A stretch of 64,000 nucleotides of DNA, taken from NCBI GenBank assembly GCA_021513715.1, contig CP084167.1:256001-320000 (forward strand). The letters run 5' to 3'. The first letter of the stretch is position 1. Every line of letters begins with the position of its first letter. Shown piece by piece: positions 59,805 to 64,000 of this stretch. The position numbers and the translations under genes were made by a program. Origin of the DNA: Candidatus Heimdallarchaeum endolithica (GTDB taxonomy: Archaea > Asgardarchaeota > Heimdallarchaeia > Heimdallarchaeales > Heimdallarchaeaceae). Below the pieces are notes generated by a model. It was not told where the DNA came from and made no database searches. It saw nothing but the letters and a program-made list of their open reading frames with translations.

Positions 59805-60713
59805 ATGAGTGAACTCTTTTTCAAAGAAATTAAAAGATTAGAGAATGACAAAACAAGCGGAGCGATGGAAATAGCAGAAAAAGTTTTACTTATTTTAAAA
59901 GAAGAAATTAAAAAAAATTTTACTTTTTGGGATAATTATTCCATAAATGAGAAAATTGAACAGTTATTACCAATTATTAACATTAACAAAAATATGATTA
60001 TCCTCCGAAATTTAGTTCTAGAATTCTTGTCACTACTGGAAAATGGAGTAGAATTAGAGAAAATACCGTCTATGCAACTTGAAAAGTTAAATAATAGTAA
60101 GAAAATACTAGCTCAAAACATTTCTAAACGTATCTTCGAAGAGAAGACAATAATTACCTTTTCCAGAGCAAGTACTCTACTTGAATCGTTAAGAGTTGGA
60201 AAAAAACTCTATGAACATCCACTAGAAGTTATCATATTTGAATCTAGTCCAAAAAAAGAAGGTAAAACATTAGCAGAAGAACTACTAAAAATTGGGCATA
60301 GAGTTCGTTATAGTTTTGACGCAGCGATGAAAATTATGTTTGAAAAATATAAACCTACTTTAGCAATCATTGGAGCTGACAGTATCTTTCCTCAAGGAGA
60401 AGTAGTAAACAAAACTGGAAGTTATATTTTGGCAAAGTTAGCCAAAGAATACGACATTCCATTTATTGTTGGGGCAACAATGAAAAAAGTTATGCTCAAA
60501 GAAATAAATGTTCTAGGTAAAATAACATCTTCAGAAAGCTCAGAATTGTGGAATAAAGACTATGTTCCAAATTTGGAAGTAGTTGATGTTCATTTTGAGA
60601 AAATACCTCGAGCACTATTAAATGGATTCATAAGTGAGAAAGGTTTTAGCAAAAAACCTATAGGAGAAAAATATTCTCTCTCTGAAAATGTTATAAAAAA
60701 GGTGTATAGTTAA
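59805..60713 (+). CDS. eIF2B-family protein (aIF-2B / sugar-phosphate isomerase-like)
   Basis: DKTSGAMEIA, ESSPKKEG, GADSI..VVNKTGS, HFEKIP. Confidence 0.88.
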   Translation: MSELFFKEIKRLENDKTSGAMEIAEKVLLILKEEIKKNFTFWDNYSINEKIEQLLPIININKNMIILRNLVLEFLSLLENGVELEKIPSMQLEKLNNSKKILAQNISKRIFEEKTIITFSRASTLLESLRVGKKLYEHPLEVIIFESSPKKEGKTLAEELLKIGHRVRYSFDAAMKIMFEKYKPTLAIIGADSIFPQGEVVNKTGSYILAKLAKEYDIPFIVGATMKKVMLKEINVLGKITSSESSELWNKDYVPNLEVVDVHFEKIPRALLNGFISEKGFSKKPIGEKYSLSENVIKKVYS

Positions 60714-60727
60714 TCGAATTATTAAAA

Positions 60728-61450
60728 TTAGTCGTCCAACCTAAGTTTTTGATTTTTATTTTCTGGAACTATAGGATCAACGTAATAAGCTATTTTTCCT
60801 GCCCAACGGACTTCTCCAGTTCTATAAATTGGATTTGAACGGATATTTCGCAATGTAGAAACAGATAGATTATATTTTAAGCTTAAACTTTTTAGAGAAG
60901 CTAGAGGATTGTCAAATTCAGAAAAGAGTCGTCTAATTATTGCAGCTTTTTCTTCATCTACAACCAATTTTCCTTCTTCATTAACCTTATAACCAAAAGG
61001 AGGTCTGGACATAACCTTTTGTTCTTTTAGTCGTCTCATCATTCCTTTGTATCTTTTTTCTCTATATTTTTGAAGTTCCATTTCTCCAAAAAGGTCTTTA
61101 ACTCTAGCAATAACTTTGTTCTCTTCATCATCTAAACATACTATAGAAACATTATTCTTTTTCAGGATAATACGAATATAACCTAAAATATCTACATCTC
61201 GCGATAATCTATTCCTAGATTGAAACCACAACTCATCAAACTGATTATTCTTTGCCAGATCTAGAATCTCTTTAAATCCAGGTCTATATTCTGGGTCACT
61301 ATCACCTGCAATATCCTCATCTTTAATTATTTTTACAATTTCTCTATCTCCAGCTTGATATATTTGAGCTGTAACATCTTCTATCTGTGTCTGTAGCCCA
61401 CTTGTTTGATCAGCTGTAGATGTACGAGCATAAATTACACAACGAATCAT
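60728..61450 (-). CDS. Serine recombinase (resolvase domain plus short recombinase domain); start revised to ATG 61450
   Basis: MIRCVIYARTSTADQ, RPGF, RNRLSR, PPFGY. The track's extension to 61561 overlaps the upstream gene and contains a TATA-like box. Confidence 0.88.
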   Translation of the reverse strand: MIRCVIYARTSTADQTSGLQTQIEDVTAQIYQAGDREIVKIIKDEDIAGDSDPEYRPGFKEILDLAKNNQFDELWFQSRNRLSRDVDILGYIRIILKKNNVSIVCLDDEENKVIARVKDLFGEMELQKYREKRYKGMMRRLKEQKVMSRPPFGYKVNEEGKLVVDEEKAAIIRRLFSEFDNPLASLKSLSLKYNLSVSTLRNIRSNPIYRTGEVRWAGKIAYYVDPIVPENKNQKLRLDD

Positions 61451-61529
61451 TTTGACCTTGCAATAAGGTTCTCCATTTTTAATATAAAACTTAGTATTAC
61501 TTCCTAAATAAAGGAAAAAATGTATTTCT

Positions 61530-61979
61530 TCAAACTTCTTTGAAAGGAAGTTGGTCAACAAGTCTTTTATCTTCTTTTTTGGTTAAATATCTATAAATAA
61601 AATGTTCAACGAACTTTAATGTTTCTTCATAGTCAAAAGGAAGTTCAACATTATTATTGTGTAGATCTATCAGCTTATGTCTTAACAATCCTGTTGTCAG
61701 AGCTATTACCCTATTCTGATTATATAGTTCATTAGCTGTGAAACGTATTTTTGCTATTTCTCCTAGTATATCTGAAAACTCTTCTTTTATTTTTTTGAAT
61801 TCTTTTTCTAACACTTTTTTTTCTTCTCTTATTGACTGAAGAGACTTCTTTAACTCATTTTCTTCCAGAGATTGGAAAAAAGGGTAATAATAGATTATAT
61901 TATCTGCAAATTTTTCTTCATTTTCAATTTCAATTTTTTCTTTAAACCTAATCTTAAATTGGGTAATATTCAATTTCAT
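61530..61979 (-). CDS. Hypothetical coiled-coil protein
   Basis: 149-aa ORF with heptad pattern; start directly abuts the upstream stop. Confidence 0.7.
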   Translation of the reverse strand: MKLNITQFKIRFKEKIEIENEEKFADNIIYYYPFFQSLEENELKKSLQSIREEKKVLEKEFKKIKEEFSDILGEIAKIRFTANELYNQNRVIALTTGLLRHKLIDLHNNNVELPFDYEETLKFVEHFIYRYLTKKEDKRLVDQLPFKEV

Positions 61980-62345
61980 TTAAACCCACTCAACACCCAT
62001 ATTTCGCAAGCTATCCTCTATAGCCTTTAGCATTGTATAATCCTCTTTATATTCTTCAATAGCTTCGTTTAACAGCTTTGACATTTCTTTTATTTTTTCT
62101 AGATCAGACTTGGTTTTTTCTAATCTATATTTGACTTCAGCAAATTTCATAATCTCATAAAAAAATGTTTGAAAGTCAATTTCCATAGTTTCAGCATATT
62201 CTTCTTTCCAATGCTTAAAGAGGATATTTACCATAAGCTCATAACCTTTAAGCAACTCTTTAGGTTCAATTTTCTTGTTTTCTGCTGCGCGAATCACTCT
62301 TCTACTTTGATTCACAGAAAAAGTGAGTTTTTTAATATTGTTCAT
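61980..62345 (-). CDS. Hypothetical helical/coiled-coil protein
   Basis: 121-aa ORF; ends with a GGAGTGG SD-like sequence for the next gene. Confidence 0.7.
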   Translation of the reverse strand: MNNIKKLTFSVNQSRRVIRAAENKKIEPKELLKGYELMVNILFKHWKEEYAETMEIDFQTFFYEIMKFAEVKYRLEKTKSDLEKIKEMSKLLNEAIEEYKEDYTMLKAIEDSLRNMGVEWV

Positions 62346-62416
62346 CCTTAAAATAATTCAAACTTCAAGCTTATAATCATTTTCCAAAAAAGAGAAAGAA
62401 AAAAATATCTTTTTCC

Positions 62417-63391
62417 TTACAAGTAGTCATCAAACATCCAGTAATGTTCTTCTTCTTCCATCAATATTTCTTCAAACATCTTCTTTGTAGTAATGTCTCC
62501 TTTTTTAGTTGCTTCAGTAATAATTTTACGATAAAGAACAATTGCTTCATCTTCAGCTTGGTGGCCAAGTTTCAAGATCTCTTCTACACTTTCACCAACT
62601 TTGGGTAAAGGATCAGGGTCTAATGTACATTCTCCATCCAACATGTATATTCTTTCAGCGATTTTCTCATAATGGTCCATCTCTTGCATAAAGATTTTCT
62701 TTAACATGTCGCTAATAACTTGTGCTTTGTTTGAATTAGTAATTACTTCTAAAGGCGTTTCTTTTTTTCTAAAATTGATCGCACTTGCTTTTTCATGTTG
62801 TGTAATGTACTGAATGATAGCAGATAATTCAGAGGCTAAAGCTTTATTTAGAAGAGCAAAGTAATCATTGTCAAAAACTTCTCTCCATTCAGATTTAGGT
62901 GCTGTTTCTTCAGGTTCACTAATATTTATCGTTAAATATTCTTGAAATGTATAAAGATGTTCTTCTTCTTCTCTATATATTTTTCTAAAAAGTTCTTTAG
63001 TGTCATAATCGCCAAACTTACCTGCTTCGCGGATTATTTCACGATATAATTCTAGAGCTTCTTCTTCAGCTTCAAAACCATATTGCATAAATTCTTGCAT
63101 ATTTTCGCCTATTTTAGGCTTAAAAGCTTTTGTTGTTGCTTCTCCTCCTAAATAATAAATTCTTTCAACAATTGCTCCTGCATGTTTCATTTCTTCTATT
63201 GCTAGCTTCTTTAAAATCTGACCTATCTGGTCATATGTTGTAGGATCTAGTAAAATATTTTCAGCTTTAACTTTTCTCATTATTTTTTCAATTTTAGCGT
63301 GCTGTAGAAAATATTGAACAGACACTTGTAATTCTCTTGCTACTGCTTTATTCAGCAGTTCTATATATTCTGAGGTTATTTTTACGCTCAT
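62417..63391 (-). CDS. Tandem (two-domain) bacterioferritin-like protein
   Basis: E..QY, E-x-x-H (EEMKHA / QEMDHY), IxERIYxL, EEEEH each present twice. Confidence 0.9.
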   Translation of the reverse strand: MSVKITSEYIELLNKAVARELQVSVQYFLQHAKIEKIMRKVKAENILLDPTTYDQIGQILKKLAIEEMKHAGAIVERIYYLGGEATTKAFKPKIGENMQEFMQYGFEAEEEALELYREIIREAGKFGDYDTKELFRKIYREEEEHLYTFQEYLTINISEPEETAPKSEWREVFDNDYFALLNKALASELSAIIQYITQHEKASAINFRKKETPLEVITNSNKAQVISDMLKKIFMQEMDHYEKIAERIYMLDGECTLDPDPLPKVGESVEEILKLGHQAEDEAIVLYRKIITEATKKGDITTKKMFEEILMEEEEHYWMFDDYL

Positions 63392-63442
63392 AGCTTAGAA
63401 TTGGATTTATAAAATAAAAGGTTTTTTCATTAACAAGAAAGC

Positions 63443-64000
63443 TTAGTATGCAAGGTAGTTAAAAATAATCCTCAAAGGTTCAGTATATGTTTCTTTCTTA
63501 AGGTTTGAAGTTTCATAAATAAGCAATTTTTCATCAAGAATACTTGAATAAACAATTTGTTCAGCTATACTTTTTCCTAAATACACACCCTTTTCCTTTA
63601 AATCAGATTTATTGATGAATATAATAATTGGTATTTTCTTCTTTGAGAGATTTTCTTCAATTTTAACAAGAGAAATATAGTGAACAACTTTTTCTAAACT
63701 CGAAATATTTGTTCCATCTGCCATTATAATAACTAGATTCGCTCCTCTAACAGCTATCTCTTGCATAAAATCAAATCTTTCTTGTCCTGCAGGATCATTA
63801 AAAACTACTTGATAAATTTCCTCAACATTTTCAAAATCTATATTATCTCTATTTTCAAACTTTTCTAACCCTAATTGATTAAATGTAGTTAAATAAAGTA
63901 ATGAATTAATGACATTCAAACTTATAGTAGTTGTACTTTCCTTGAAAGCATTATTTTTCAAAGGAATGAAATCACAATTAGAACTTTTTTCTTTGCTTAA
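63443..64000 (-). CDS. Small GTPase (Ras/Rab/Arf-like); 5' end lies beyond the window
   Basis: DPAGQERF (G3), NKSD (G4), ETS (G5). The frame is open from 63961 to the window edge; the P-loop is not in the window. Confidence 0.85.
   Translation of the reverse strand, partial: LSKEKSSNCDFIPLKNNAFKESTTTISLNVINSLLYLTTFNQLGLEKFENRDNIDFENVEEIYQVVFNDPAGQERFDFMQEIAVRGANLVIIMADGTNISSLEKVVHYISLVKIEENLSKKKIPIIIFINKSDLKEKGVYLGKSIAEQIVYSSILDEKLLIYETSNLKKETYTEPLRIIFNYLAY

Noticed and set aside
61451-61561. N-terminal extension of the serine recombinase
   Set aside because: It overlaps the upstream gene, and the family's conserved start (..IYARxS) follows directly after ATG 61450.
3250-62351. Short antisense or alternate-frame ORFs in the track (e.g. 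3250, 6119, 8479, 20939, 31858, 35830, 47281, 54558, 57731, 59503, 62169)
   Set aside because: They are shadows of longer well-supported genes, mostly with TTG/GTG starts and no motifs.

Overview
AT-rich archaeal chromosomal window, most likely from an Asgard archaeon (Heimdallarchaeia-like). This assignment is an inference from the longin/roadblock-type domains, a small GTPase, a class III pilin signal, TATA-type promoters and GAGGTGA ribosome-binding sites. About 45 genes are present, mostly enzymes and transporters: UDP-glucose dehydrogenase, HD phosphohydrolase, two paralogous FtsX-type ABC operons with tandem-NBD ATPases, a heterodimeric ABC exporter with a divergent double-RHH regulator, GNATs, a CocE hydrolase, a radical SAM enzyme, an amidohydrolase, an eIF2B-like protein and a tandem bacterioferritin. 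Surface proteins include a CUB-PPC-caspase and a giant pilin. The most unusual region is 52.9-58.8 kb, an IS-LRR-IS-LRR-IS tandem array. Decayed IS481-like elements flank two cytoplasmic LRR genes built from 66-bp cassettes with an invariant scaffold and hypervariable concave-face residues, a candidate recombination-diversified receptor repertoire. The array also contains a 110-bp MITE with a visible empty site and a 37-bp duplication flanking a 43-bp insert. No rRNA, tRNA or true CRISPR array was recognised. All calls were made by eye, without database searches.
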